Below are positions 39,945 to 53,800 of a DNA stretch of 64,000 bases, piece after piece; position 1 is the stretch's first letter; every line of letters starts with the position of its first letter. Source of the DNA: Octopus sinensis (taxonomy: Eukaryota). The position numbers and the translations under genes were made by a program. A model generated the notes under the pieces. It did not search any database. It was not told the origin of the DNA and was given only the letters and a program-made list of their open reading frames with translations. The stretch covers positions 32,488,001-32,552,000 of the forward strand of contig NC_043005.1 of assembly GCF_006345805.1 (NCBI RefSeq), given 5' to 3'.

Positions 39945-40250
39945 CATATATATATATATACACAAAATGGGACAAGAACGCAAAACACCCAGACAGTTAG
40001 GTGATACAAGAAAGGGATAACAAAACATCCAGATAGACAATAGAAAGAAAACAACGACGGGTCATTCAGAGTTCTCTTTCCTCAGTCGAGTTCCAGATTA
40101 TCTTTGCAATTTCAGCTGGTTATACTTGAGATTGCTCCAATCTGGCCAGCCCCAAGGAAAAACTAAGCTAAGAACATTAGATTCCTTGGAAGAAAGCAGC
40201 AAAGGTATATGAAAACAAGGACGGGGAAAAAACGGAGAAAACACACTAAA
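39945..40250 (-). mobile_element. Interspersed repeat next to (TA)n, possibly a Penelope-like terminal repeat
   Basis: CpG-retaining block that differs from its flanks, with an internal direct repeat (GGGA.AA...CAAAACA.CCAGA.AG) and hammerhead-like core words. Confidence 0.35.
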
Positions 40251-41535
40251 TCTATACCCTTATTTCTCACCTAGGTCTTCATGAAATATTTTTTTGTTTA
40301 TTGTTTTCCTTGATTTGAAGTTGATGGATAGAAGTAGTTGATATCATTGATGGGATATCACTATATGACTATTGATGTTTGACTATCATTAGTGTCTTAA
40401 GTTCTTGTTGGCAGATGTCTATCACCTAAGTAGTCTGTTGTGGTAGTTTAAACCTCAGGTTAAACCTAATTAAGCAGAACAAATCTATGAGGAAAGGCAT
40501 TCTTGCCATGACTCAGTTGCCTTTTTTAGTGCTATGATATGTTTTATCTTTTCCTAAGATGGGTGTTATTGTGATTTGAGGGAGATTTGATTGCTTTTTC
40601 CAGCAGGTTGATCAACTATGTAGAAATTCTCACAATGACTCAGTAGTTAAGGGAAGGCTTAGATGCCATTGATCAGGTCGTGGTAGTAATAGTTGTTGTT
40701 ATTGTAGTAGCAGCAGCCCTAGATCAGCTGTGAGAGGACAGGTCTTTCAGCTCTGACCGATCTCATTTTTCTTGCAGACATATTGTGTCTAGATTCACTC
40801 TATCCAAGGTGGCATTTTTTTTTTTTTTTACCTTTTTAAAAGATTGTGTGGTGTAATTAGAAGGAATATTTAGCTGTGTTTTCTAGTGATTATTTAAAGC
40901 ACCCACTCACTCTTATGTTAGCTAGTTGCAGACCTCGTCTATGTGCAGATTCTTCTACTTAACAGTAATTTAAACAACTTAATTATTCACAGCTTGAATT
41001 TTTACCTGACTGCTTCACTTTAACTTAATCTTTACTCAGTTTCACCTTATATCATTACAGATGTGTCAGGAGTAGCTGGATTGTATTTCCTCATCTTTTA
41101 TATATGCTGATTCTTTCTCCTTTTCTTAGCATCCCACCTCTTCAAATTTTACCAATTTTTTCAGTTACTTCTCACTTATATAGTTTTTACTCTCAACTAA
41201 TGTTTACTTCTTCAAAAATTTTATTACATATTTTATTTTTGAATAAAAATTTCAGTCATTCAATAATTTTTTTCCAGTAATTTATGTCTTATTTCTGTAG
41301 ACATTTTCTCCTCTCATGATTTTAGTAGAGAGAACATATGCGCGTGCACACACACAAATTTAATTTATTCTCTTTCTTTTACCCTCTCACACATATATCC
41401 AATACATGCATGAAATTGTAATTAAATATAAATTTAAAAAACTGATTGATTTCTTCAAGCATTATAACAAATGTGTTAAACAAGAACTTGTATTGTGATT
41501 GCCCTATGAGAGATTATTATTATTGTTGTTGTTGA

Positions 41536-41760
41536 AAAGCAGTGAACTGGCAGAATCGTTTGCACGCTGTGCAAAATGCTTAGTGACATTTCATCTGTCT
41601 TTATGTTCTGAGTTCAAATTTCACTATGGTCGACTTTGCCTTTTAGCCTTTCAGGTCCAATAAAATATGCAGAAGTTGATCACTGGAGTTGATGTAATTA
41701 ACTTGCCTCTTTTCTTAAATTGCTGGCCTTGTGTCAAAATTTGAAGACATTATTATTATT
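41536..41760 (+). mobile_element. Nin/Meta-like SINE
   Basis: CTGGCAGAATCGTT...GAGTTCAAATT...GTCGACTTTGCCTTT...(ATT)n tail. Confidence 0.75.
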
Positions 41761-42115
41761 GTTGATGATGTGTGGGAGACAATAACAGAAGAGAGGTACT
41801 AATTGCATGTATTTGAAAGTAATGTGAATATATTTTTGTGGACCCTTTTCTGTAAATGGTGTGATAAGGTTAAATGTCACATTGCCCTAAAGTGTCAACC
41901 AAACAATTTTGTTTCAATTAACAATTTGTTTACATCTTGATGTTACTTTGAATATTTATTTCTGTATTAATATGGAAATTTATTCTGGAAATACCTCACT
42001 TAAAAGTGAATGTTATTTGGTATAAGAATAATTTTAGTGTTGTAATTAGCTGATTGAAAAAAATGAATAATAAAATTGAGGTAAAAGTGAAAATAGTCAA
42101 TTTGTTATTCATTTA

Positions 42116-42196
<81 letters not shown>

Positions 42197-42349
42197 GAAA
42201 AGCGATCACAATTTGTCTGGTGGTAGGATGGGTGAGTGTGTACATATATATCTCTGTATGCCTAAATGGGTATTTCTGGGTGTAGTCACAGCTTTTCTGT
42301 ATATATGCATGCATTCATGAGTGTGTGTGTGTGTATGTATGTATATATA

Positions 42350-43200
42350 TCTTTATATACATAAAATTGAGAATGTGTGTGTGTGTCTGTCCGTCTCCCT
42401 AAAACTTGAGAACTACACAACCAATTTCATTCAAATTTTACACATGCCTTACTTAGGGTCCGGGGAGTGTCATCGGCAAAAAAGATGTTCACCTTCTTGC
42501 CTAGAGCGAACCCATAGCAATATCATATCTTCTCCACTATTTCAGTATTATGTGTTCAAAGTGAAACAAAAACGTTTCTCTATTTTATGTCAGATACTTT
42601 CACTTTAACAATAAAAATAATAATAACAATTGAATTATATGTAGTAAGTAATAATTAAAATCAAACTAAAGTAACATAACAAAAGTAAAAATAGCAATTG
42701 GTATAAAATTGCATCAATGATTTGAACTTGAATAAGTGGTTTCACATGAATGGGAATAAATTAAAAATAAAATTAGCGTACAGCAATGGAATAGTCCAGA
42801 TGGATAATAAAAAATTAAATTAAAGAAAAGACTATTGTCTATAAAGTATACAATGTAGAGAAAAAAGAAGATTTGAACATATGGAGGAAAGCACCTTCGA
42901 AAAGTCTCTCAGTGTGTCTATGAAAGGTATCTAATCAGAGGCGGTAAATTCGCCACTATAGAAGCAAGGTTTGAGTCAACGGAGCGTGCAAGGGAGTATT
43001 TGACTCGAACTTGCAAAGTGGAAATATTTTATTTTTACCTTTATATCTGGGATGTAGGATGTCCCGGAAAAATTTTTTTAAATGCCCCCCCCCCCCACCT
43101 CCCGAAGTAGAGGTAGGCTGGATTGTAGCCACACTTCTATACAAGAGGGAGGACAAGATACAATTGATCGAAATTACAAGAGACGGGCTAACAATTCCAG
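42350..43200 (+). mobile_element. Non-autonomous Helitron-like element
   Basis: A|TCTTTATATACATAAAA-(GT)n-CTGTCCGTC start is typical of Helitron-N elements; the 3' end is uncertain. Confidence 0.5.
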
Positions 43201-43339
43201 TCTGTTATATATTTTGAGTATTGTTATCACTAGCGATATCAAGATATAACTTTGTATTTTGTATTTTATGTGTAGATGTATATATATAGATGTACATGTG
43301 ATATGTACACATATATATATATACACATATATACATGCA

Positions 43340-43443
43340 CTAGCACTATGACCCGGCAACGACTGGTCTTTATTTCCGTAAACCTGCCTTCGTCTTTTGT
43401 CTATTTTCATAGAGCTTCCCGTTATATATATATATATATATAT
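43340..43443 (-). mobile_element. Mini-Helitron or Helitron 3' terminus
   Basis: The minus strand ends ACCAGTCGTTGCCGGGTCATAGTGCTAG|T (imperfect hairpin plus CTAG); its start TATATAACGGG resembles the Helitron start at 56845. Confidence 0.6.
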
Positions 43444-43916
43444 GCCTGTAGTTAGATATACAGGCTATAAATGTATCTGTCTTACATGTGCCATTATAAA
43501 GTAAATATGGCTAAATATTCTTAATAGCAATTCTTACATCTTTTCAATTGATCTCTATTTATTACTGATATTTATTGTGAATGTTCAGAAACCATAGTTC
43601 AAATGGTAACCAACATTTTAGGAAGGTTTCATTGCTCTAAAAAAGTAGCTATCATCTGCAAATATAAAATGGGCCATTAGGTCATCTGTCTGGAACTAAT
43701 AAAAGCAGATGTTAAAAATTCTTGAATTGGAAAACTGATAACATGTCTGCTTCGTTCCATAATTGAATGAAATATAATTTTAGAAAGTAACATTCCTTGT
43801 TAAAGTTCTAATGTAGTCTTGTTAGTTTTCTGTTTGGTGGCCTACCCTCTTGAAATTGAAAATCTTTTCTATAACTTGAAGATTTAGAATTCTTGTTGTC
43901 GTTACTATTATTGTTA

Positions 43917-44420
43917 TTAGGGTGGTGGAATGATCACAGTATATCTCCAGAGGTCTTTGTCTCTTGTCATTGCCTCTGTGCGGCACATCGTTTGAAGGTT
44001 GTGCTTCGCCACCTCATCCCATGTCTTCCTGGGTCTCCCTCTTCCACAGGTTCCTTCCAGTGTTAGTGAGTGACACTTCTTCACACAGCTCGCTTCATCC
44101 ATACACAGTACATGACCATACCATCGCAGTCGTCTCTCTTGCACACCACATCTGATGCTTCTTATATCCAACATTTCCCTCAGGGTGCTTACACTCTGTT
44201 GTGTGTGCACACTGATATTACACATCCAGCAGATCATACTAGCTTCATTTCTTTCAAGTCTACATATATCCCCAACACTCATGGCCCATGTTTCACTGCC
44301 ATGTAGCATAACAATATGAACACACGCATCATACAGTCTAGCTTTCACTCTGAGTGAAAGACCCTTTGTCACCAGTAGAGGTAGGAGCTTTCTGAACTTT
44401 GCCCATGCTATTCTTATGCT
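43917..44420 (-). mobile_element. RTE-LINE RT C-terminal fragment
   Basis: ORF 43917-44372 is clearly paralogous to 31943-32344. Confidence 0.92.
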
Positions 44421-44429
44421 AATTAATTA

Positions 44430-45320
44430 CTCCAGTGATCTTTCTTGTCAGTATACTTTTTCAGGATGATATTTTTCTACAAATTCAGAAAAATACTGCC
44501 ACTTTGCCAACACTGCCATTATGTCACTCATAGAGATACCCTTCTCCACTATCACTACCCTGTCCTCCTTCAGAAACCAGTCTCTTCAACTGAATCTAAA
44601 TGTTGCTCCTGAAGCTGCAGGAGTTCATCTGTTGTCATCTCCTCTGAGTATTCCTTCATGAGATCATTAGTGACCCCATCATCAGCCTCAAGGCCCATGG
44701 ACTTGCTATGGACAGGTGTCTCAGAATCAAACCCCTTCAAGTATCTTTTGGATATGCAGTCAGGCCACAATTTCCTCAATGCAGAATTCAGCATTCTCCT
44801 TCTTATACCCTGCCAGGCCATATCAATGATTTTCAGGCAGTTAACAATGTTGTAGTGCTCCTTCCAAAACTCACAAATGGTTAGATTTGTATTTTTGGTA
44901 ACTTCAAAGCACCAACAAAACAGGTGTTTGGTGCACAATTTCTTAAAATTTGAAGTCACCTGTTGGTCCATGGGCTGCATGATAGGGGTGGCATTGCATG
45001 AAAGATATAGGAACTTTTATGAATTTAAATTCATCCAGGATATCATCTTTGAAGTTAGGAGGGTGAGCAGGAGCATTATCGAGGATGAGGATGGCCTTGA
45101 GAGGAAGATCGTTCTCCAGAAAGTACTTTTTCACTGCTACAATGAGGTAGTGAAAGTGCTACATGAGATTGACCCGCTCGGTGAAGAATTGCCTGGTGAC
45201 CCAGGCTTTAATGTTTGCCCTCAACATGACCTGCAGCTTCTCCATTAGGATTTTGTGCAACTTGAATGCTTGTGGGTTTTGGGAATGGTAGACAAAGAAT
45301 GGCTTAATCTTCAAGTGTGA
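44430..45320 (-). pseudogene. Tigger/pogo DDE_1 transposase fragment
   Basis: KIKPFFVYHSQNP.AFK...KAWVT; LKAILILDNAPAHPP; QPMDQQV.SNFKKL; KLWPD. Confidence 0.88.
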
Positions 45321-46098
45321 AGTTGTTTTATTTAATTTTCCAAAATGAGGTTTAACTTTGGCTGAACCATATTCTCTTGGAATTGGTCATTCTGCCAGAC
45401 TTACTGTCTGTAACTGTTAGATAATGTTCTATTAGTATGTGATGGAACATTATTATGTAGGATCTGTTACATCATCACATTCTAAACTATTCCAATTGTA
45501 ATTTTGTTCTCCAGAATGTCTTCAATATTTTCACTGACCATTAAGATTTGTTTTCTTTAATTATAAATGTCATCTTTGGTTCTGATGGCCTCAAAACAAA
45601 TCGACTCATTATGTTCTTTGTAAACCATTTCCTTTCCTGCCAATGATTCTAAATATCATCATCATCATCATCATATGTCTGCCTTCCGTGCTGGGATGGG
45701 TGGGACTGCTGGCAATCAATGTTAGATTACAAGCAAAGTACTATAAATAAAAATAACAATTTCAAAATATGCAGCATAAATGTCATTTTCAAATTCTAAA
45801 GTGAATTTTCTCAAAGACAATGACCAGTCTTTTGGTCTTGGATTCCTCAACTCCGGTTTGCAGAATCAAAGTCCAACATTTATTTTCAAGTATAATGATT
45901 TCAATAATTTTTTTTAAGAGTTCACTTAAAAAGTGGATATGTATAATAAGTATTTGGTTTGGTCCCCACTTTCTTTTGTATAACAAGTATTTGATTTGTA
46001 CCACCTTCACTTTGCATTGTCCTCCCTCCTTCATTCTTCATTCTGTAGTCATGGTGTTGGACAAGTTTAAAAAGTTAGAAACATCTGAATGCTATTAA

Positions 46099-46317
46099 CA
46101 CTTAAGCATTCAGGTTAGTCTGTCAAATGTAATGCATATCTATTCACATTGTTTTGAATTAATCATGCGTTATTTTGTAACTTTGAGATTTTAATGATGA
46201 GACTGCTTATTCTAGAATGATATTGTAGAGCAGGTATGAGAGGTCAGAGCTGACTGGTTTGAACATAAAACAGGTAGAATATTTGGGCCTGATATTGCCA
46301 GTTTAAATGCTAGTGGG
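46099..46317. mobile_element. TTAA MITE family B
   Basis: TTAA flanks; decayed TIR CACTTAAGCATT / AATGCTAGTGGG; inverted relative of 49605-49965. Confidence 0.7.
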
Positions 46318-47229
46318 TTAAACTTTTATCAAATACTCTAAAGATTTATGATTTTCATCAGTATTAAAGCAGATTAGTTTTGCTGATCATGTAATTGGTG
46401 AATGCCTATAATGAATCAAATCAATAATAAGGTTTTAATTATTATTTAAACCTGGACATAGCGTAGTGTAGTTAGGATTTTATTTTTTATGTTTTTTAAA
46501 AAAAGACGAAATGAATTTGTTTCCTTTGTACTTGTATTCATTTGAAAAAGCACATTAATTTCAGTCCTAATCTAATAATCTATATTCTGGCTTTAACATA
46601 ACTTCTACCTGTATTTTGCAGGTTCACATTAGGTTTTCTGTTTTCAAATCTTCCTTACCTACCATGCTGTTTTCTCTCATAAATTATGTCTTGTCTGTGA
46701 TTATTGATAATGGGACTTAAAAACTGAGCTAATAGCATTGACTTGAGAATCAACTAGGAATATTTATTCAATTTTATCAAATTTATTTTAATTTTTACCC
46801 CCCTCTCACTCCTTCCTATTAAAATAGGAGAATAATTTTGAATTTATTTAAATCTATTATAAATATTTATCAGTTGGCATAATGGTTCAAAGGTAGCTTT
46901 CAGTTTATTCTAATAAACTGCATTCTACTTCAGTTTTTCATTAAAGCTGTGACTAATGTCTGTTTTTGAAATCACCAGTGTCTTTTAAGAATGAGAGAGA
47001 GAAATATGGTTGATAAATTTCAATTTACATTTTAATGGTTGACTTTATTGACCTGATTTGATTTGAGTTTAGAAATGACATGCACCACACCAGAACTCTC
47101 TCTCTCTCTCCTCTCCTCTCTCTCTCTTTCCCTCTCTCTCATCAGATTTAAGACAAAGAACTGGATAGATCTGACATAGGGTATAAAACAGAGTTAAAGA
47201 TGCATGCATTAGGAACATGTTCTACTAGT

Positions 47230-47895
47230 GTTAGGATGTAAAACTCTCCCAGCATAGTGATAATTGATTACTGAAAATTAATTTTATAACATTGATGTGA
47301 TAGGATTCCATGAAGACATGGAATGAAGTAGTGAGGACCAGTCTCAAGACATTGGGCCTCACAGAGGAGATGATAATGAACTGAGATGTCTGGTGATATG
47401 TGGTTCTTGACAAGACCTGCCCACCTCAGCAAAACTGAGTCCCTGGCGTACTGTGTGTCCCACCCGCATGCAGCATTAAGTTTTCAACACCCTGCCCCAA
47501 TGAATCAAACTACATCTCCTCTTCCTCACATTTCCTTTTTTTTATGCACTGTGCTTATCTCTCCCTCCCCACTCTTGCAGCTCAATCCAGTCCTCCCTAC
47601 CTTGCTCATTGTATCATTGCTATTCTGTTGTCCCCCCCCCCATATACTTTATATAACCTCTCATCACCTGGCACAAAGCCACTTCCTCTGATATTCCTTC
47701 CTCCAAGGATCTTCATCTTGCAAGTTACTTGGTGACCACACCTGTGTGGTTGGCATTAGGAAGGGCATCCAGCTGTAAAAACCATGCCAAACAGGCAGTG
47801 GAGCTTGGTGCAATCCTCTGTCTTGCCAGCTTCTATCAAACTGTTCAACCCAAGCCAGCTTGGAAGATGAACATTAAATGATGATGATGATGATA
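47230..47895 (+). mobile_element. Old RTE-LINE 3' fragment with CT-rich 3'UTR
   Basis: KTWNEVVRTSLKTLGLTEE-like ORF end; AGGAAGGGCATCCAGCTGTAAAA; (TGA)n tail. Confidence 0.8.
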
Positions 47896-48288
47896 AATAT
47901 ACTGTTGTCATCTTGGTTCTGCCTTATGTCAGAGGTGAAATCTTTAAAAGATTTATCAAAACAGTTTCAAGTGCTGCTTACATGAATCTCTGAGACTTGA
48001 CTTTCTATTTAAAACCATTTTGATGTGAAGGGGTCAGGGTGGGGAACCCTCAGAAACACTTCAATTACTGATAATTTTCTCTAATTAAAATGATATTTCA
48101 GAAAGTGATTTTGTATTTGTTTTAAATGTAGTTGTTGATAGGCAATGAATCTAATCTATCAATATATCTAATTAATAGACTATACAGTTTTATTGATCTC
48201 TTACATTGGAAATGACTATCATCAATGAATGATCAATATTTAAAAAAAAAAAATTCTGAAAATGTTTTGTGTTTGTATTTTGTTTTAG

Positions 48289-48336
48289 ATTTTGTTAGGA
48301 AATGTCTTCCAAATCCTTAATATTTATAACAGAATG
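48289..48336 (+). CDS. Candidate 48-nt micro-exon (ILLGNVFQILNIYNRM) of an unknown host gene
   Basis: T-rich ttttgttttag acceptor and a consensus ATG|gtaagt donor; frame-preserving; one open frame. It could instead be a UTR exon ending at a start codon. Confidence 0.35.
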
Positions 48337-48675
48337 GTAAGTAATATCATAGAAGTATAGGAGTGGGGAGGATTGTAAAACTGATGGCAATTTTAAATTT
48401 TATTGCAAATACATGGACACAGTTATTTTATTACATACATAAACATGTAGTCATTTAGTTTATTAGAGATATACACACATTTTCATTTATGTTTTTACAC
48501 CCATACATGCATGAATGTGCACGCACACACAAATAATCATTTTCTTACCCAAACACATACAGTCATTTGAAGCTGCTTGTTCACTTTACTGTTACTCTGA
48601 GTTTCTTGTAAACATTTATATCGAAGTAATGCTACTTCTTGAATGAGTGCCAAGTGAGAAATGCGTGATCAACCT

Positions 48676-48713
<38 letters not shown>

Positions 48714-48720
48714 ACACACA

Positions 48721-48773
<53 letters not shown>

Positions 48774-49110
48774 TATCTGATAGTATTTTCACAATGCTAT
48801 ATTATGCTGAGATGCACATACCTCAGAGTTTGAAAATACATTTATCAAATTCACAGAATAAGTTTGTGTGCCACTGTAAACTTTATTGAAATTTACTTAA
48901 ACCTTGTTGCCAACACTAACCCCCATCTTAGACTTTAGTTGTTTCCTCTATGAAAATTCTCTGAAAAATGTTCTACACACCTTTGAGGTGTTTTTATTTT
49001 CTAGTTACATCCATGGACCCATATTTTGATCAAATTCAGTTTTAAATCATTTGTTTATTTAAAACTCAATATTGTTTTGCAAACAAAAATTTATGAAATA
49101 CTGAAATTAC

Positions 49111-49325
49111 TACTCTTTACTCTTTTACTCTTTTACATGTTTCAGTCATTTGACTGCGGCCATGCTGGAGCACCGCCTTTAGTCAAGCAAATCGACCCTG
49201 GGACTTATTCTTTGTAAGCCCAGTACTTATTCTATCGGTCTCTTTTTACCGAACCGCTAAGTGACGGGGACGTAAACACACCAGCATCGGTTGTCAAGCA
49301 ATGCTAGGGGTACAAACACAGACAC

Positions 49326-49393
<68 letters not shown>

Positions 49394-49553
49394 CAGGCTT
49401 CTTTCAGTTTCCGTCTACCAAATCCACTCACAAGGCATTGGTCGGCCCAGGGCTATAGCAGAAGACACCTGCCCAAGATGCCACGCAGTGGGACTGAACC
49501 CGGAACCATGTGGTTGGTTAGCAAGCTACTTACCACACAGCCACTCCTGCGCC
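49111..49553 (-). mobile_element. Full-length young tRNA/CORE-like SINE
   Basis: Minus strand GGCGCAGGAGTGGCTGTGTGG (A box)...GGTTCAGTCCC (B box), internal (TA)n, tail ending in GTAAAAGA repeats. Confidence 0.92.
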
Positions 49554-49604
49554 TAATGAAGAATTTATTTTAAAATGTTGTTGATGCCCTTACTTTTAGT
49601 TTAA

Positions 49605-49965
49605 CCCTTTAGCATTTAAACAGATCATACTCAGTTAAAATATTCTACCAGTTTTAAGGTAAAACTGACCAGATCAAGTCTCTCACACCTACACTGCAAT
49701 GTCATTCTAAAAACAGGTAGTCGCACCACTGAAATCTCAAGGAAACACAATAATACATGATTAATTCAACACAAGGTATCACTACGAATTTTTGAAAATA
49801 TTTAAATCTAACTTCTACTGTACTTTTTCTTGGAGAGCATTAAAAAAAAAATGATATCTCATTAGTGAAATTTGGATGAATATTTTAGGAAATATGACAA
49901 TTTGAATGGTTAGTGAAATGGTTGAAATTTTGGCCTAATTTATGTAAATCTGAATATAAAGGGGG
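49605..49965. mobile_element. TTAA MITE family B with a nested fragment of the GGTATCACTA element (49773-49946)
   Basis: TTAA-CCCTTTAGCATT...ATCTGAATATAAAGGGGG-TTAA. Confidence 0.7.
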
Positions 49966-50152
49966 TTAAGACCATGATGGTGGCTTGTTTATGACAGGGA
50001 AAACTTCCTCACAACTTTAGTAAAGTAGAATACATTTTGAGTGCAAAACATTCCATTTGTTTGCCAAAAGAATTTGACCAATGTAGGAAATTGATACTTC
50101 AAAAAAATTGGATGAATTTTTAAACAGCCATAAAATTGGGATAAAATTATTA

Positions 50153-50196
<44 letters not shown>

Positions 50197-51142
50197 GTGT
50201 GTGTTGTGTTGTGTTGTTAAAGTATTTTGTGTTAGTCTAAAGAAATAAACACAAACACTTTATGGTGATATGTAATTGTCATGTCAGAATGCATCTATTA
50301 ATCTATAGCAGAAATTGTTTCGGTTCACATCACTAAGCATGAAAATTTTTGAAAGTAGATAATTATCAGAAAGTCTATTGGGTGATAAGAGAAGGGCAGA
50401 ATTATCCATTTGGGTGGTATCATATTTCCTCAATGTACTCAAATTATATAAGTTGATGATACCTTAGTGTGTTTATTTCCTTGAATTATATTTGAGATAA
50501 TACCATAAAATACAGAAATTAGTTTTTAGGTTGGAGAGAGAAAAGAAGGTCATTTGTTCCTTATTTGAATCATATTAATATCATGTTTTGGGATGTTTCC
50601 GTATTATCATTACTCAATTGGTGAATTTAGCAAACAGCTAATGAGAACCAATTTAAAATTAATTCTCAGCAAGAATGAGGTTCTTCTGTGATAAAATCTT
50701 GGTAAATATTTCTTTATTATGGTTATGAACTCTAGCAATATTAGTCATTGATTTTTAGGGCTTCTTTCTTGTGAGTCAGCTATACTTAATAATCAGCAAT
50801 TATTTGATCAGAACTGTTGGCTAATTTTAAGACATACAGAGATGCCTTAAAAATCTTATCATAAAGATGTTTGCAGTTGTAGGTTCAAATGACAATTAGA
50901 TGATTTCTTAATGGACTTGGATTGGAATTGAATGAGAGAGAGAAAGCCTTTACCTAGAGTTATGACTTGATGAAGTGAAAAACATTTAATTTGTTAGAAA
51001 ATGTATATGGTGATCACAATGATGTGTTTGTATGTATTTAACATACATTACCTTTGTATATATTTAACATATATTACTTTTGTGGTGACTGCTGTGGAGT
51101 TCAATGAAAAGTTCTTGATCCAGTTTTAACATGACTGAGACA

Positions 51143-51703
51143 AGGTATCACTATGAATTTTGGAAAATATTTAAATCTAACTTCTACTGTACTTTTTCTT
51201 GGAGAGCATAAAAAAAAATTTTGATACCTGATTTGTGAAATTTGAATGAATATTTTAGGAAATATGACAATTTGAATGGTTAGTGAAGTGGTTGAAATTT
51301 TGCCTAATTTATGTAAGCTATATTTGTGATGTCATATCTTTGAAACTGAGGGGTATAATCAACTTCAAATTATACAAATTATTGGTGACCATAGTATAGT
51401 AGTCATTTAATTTTTTTCAGGTCCTTGGAAAGAAAACATTTTTTCTGGCAACATTTTAAATATATATGTAAAGCCTTTTTTGTTACATGTAACAAATGGT
51501 CGATTTTTGCAGTGTTTTCAGACAAGCTAAATTCAAAATTACAAATCACAGGAACTTGAGTTTTGGCACATTTGTAGCAGGTATAGAGATAAATAAATCA
51601 GGAGATATTGGGATTTGACAGCATTTACATAAAGTAAAAAAATGTGTTTTTTCATGTTCAAACTGTGCTTGTCTCTATTGTACAGAACTTTATAGTGATA
51701 CCT
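51143..51703. mobile_element. Non-autonomous TIR element (unclassified)
   Basis: TIR AGGTATCACTAT / ATAGTGATACCT, extending imperfectly to ~22 bp; further copies at 49773-49946 and 53317-53800. Confidence 0.75.
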
Positions 51704-52667
51704 ACTTAGGCAATCAGAGTTGTTAACCTCACTGGGCTTACAACTAATGAGTGTCTTGTTACAAGGAAATATACTTTCAATATATCTAATATCAACAAAC
51801 ATTGTAATGCATTTAAAATATTTCTAATATGAAATCACACCCTCAGCTGGAGTGATAGGGAATCAGAATGATGAAGTGGCCACTTTATTCTTAGGTAGTC
51901 ACTGACATTAGAGGTGTCCCTCTATGGATCTGGCCTTCATCTGCAGTTTAGAGTTTAGCTTATTTTTTGGGCATGAAGTTCAGATGTGAACTAATATTTG
52001 ATATTAGATCTATATTTCATTTAATTAGAAGACTTCATACACATTGGCAAGGTACTTTGATGTTGTAGATCCCCAGATAGTGAAAACACATTTCATGAGA
52101 AATGAAGGCTCTAAACTGCAGAAGAGACCTGGACTCTCTAAGGTACATATTCAAACTCAGTGGATTAGGAATGACATTCAGTCATTTACAATACTCCATT
52201 TATTAGACACATATTATCTGATACCAACAAGGGCATTTCTTACTCCTCCAGCTTTCTCTTCACACATTCTAAACATGTTTAGTCATTTCTGATTATGTAA
52301 ATGTGAAATTCTTTTCAAAGACATCCACCTTCTGTTAGTAATATTGTTTACATTATTGGTATAAATTAAAACCTCTACTTGAATGCTGCTGCTGATGATG
52401 TGTGTTATCTGTTAATATATAGACCATATTAAATACATGTTGATATAACCGAAACTAAATAAGAAATTTTTTATTATGTGTTGATCAATGAGATAACATT
52501 ATTGAGGCTGACATCAAATGCAGTGTAATGAAAACCATCAATACTAAAATGGGTTCTATAGTTGTATCTAATTTCCCCCCCTTCTTTTCTTGTGTTTATT
52601 TGCTGAGAGAACTTTTCATGAATCTTCGCTTTTCTTCAGTGCAGAGTTTACTTTTTCAATTTATTTT

Positions 52668-52803
<136 letters not shown>

Positions 52804-53316
52804 TTTTAGATTACATTTAAAAATAAGCAAACCTGAAATTCTTTTTATTTGGCTTGATATAGTTGTAGTATCACACTACTCTTTCTACATCTGGGTGGGT
52901 GTTGGATGTTTATTTGATATTGTAGACGTCATCCATGGCCTTTCACACAGGTGATGAAAGTAGTATGTGCACTCTGTTCTGGTGAGTTTAGGGTGGCTCG
53001 CCTGTAGATGTGTAGATGCAGAAATGTTAGGGCCTTCAGAAGGTTGTTAGGAGGGTTCTGTACTGTAATCTTCTTACCTTTGATACCTGAGTTTTTTTTA
53101 CTGCTGACCATCTCTTGTAACCAGTCCTGAAATTAATACAGACTTCCAGTTGATGTAGGGCTACACCAGTGAAGTCTTTAAACCACTTCTGATATAATCC
53201 TAGGTACATGTGTCCCTGTGAGAGAGCTCCAGAGACAGGCTGGTATGTGGGACTACACTATCCAGATCATGTGTTCAGTGCAATGGAGTGGACTTTTTAA
53301 AGTCCTTACTTTAATT

Positions 53317-53800
53317 AGGTATCATTATGAATTTTTGAAAATATTTAAATCTAATTTCTACTGTACTTTTTCTTGGAGAGCATTCAAAATGAATCATTTT
53401 GATACCTCATTTGTGAATTTTGGATGAATATTTTAGGAAATATGACAATTTGAATAGTCAGTGAATTGGTCAAAATCTTGCCTAATTGGCCTAAAATTAG
53501 CCATATTTGTGATGTCATATCTTTGAAACTGAGGTGATGATCATCTTCAAATTACACAAGTTAATAGTATCCATGGGATAGCAGTTGCCTTCTTTTTTCA
53601 GGTTCTTGAAAATGAAACATTTTTTTTTTGGTAATTTTAAAATATTTATGTAAAACCTATTTTGTTGCATGTAGCAGTCAATTCTGCAGTGTTTTCAGAG
53701 CTAGCGAAATCCAAAAGCTCAAGCCAAAGGGACTTCAGTTTTGATGCATTTGTAGTAGGTATAGAATGAAATAAATCCTGAGATTTTGGGGCATGATACC
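53317..53800. mobile_element. Another copy of the GGTATCACTA TIR element
   Basis: Colinear with 51143-51620. Confidence 0.8.
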
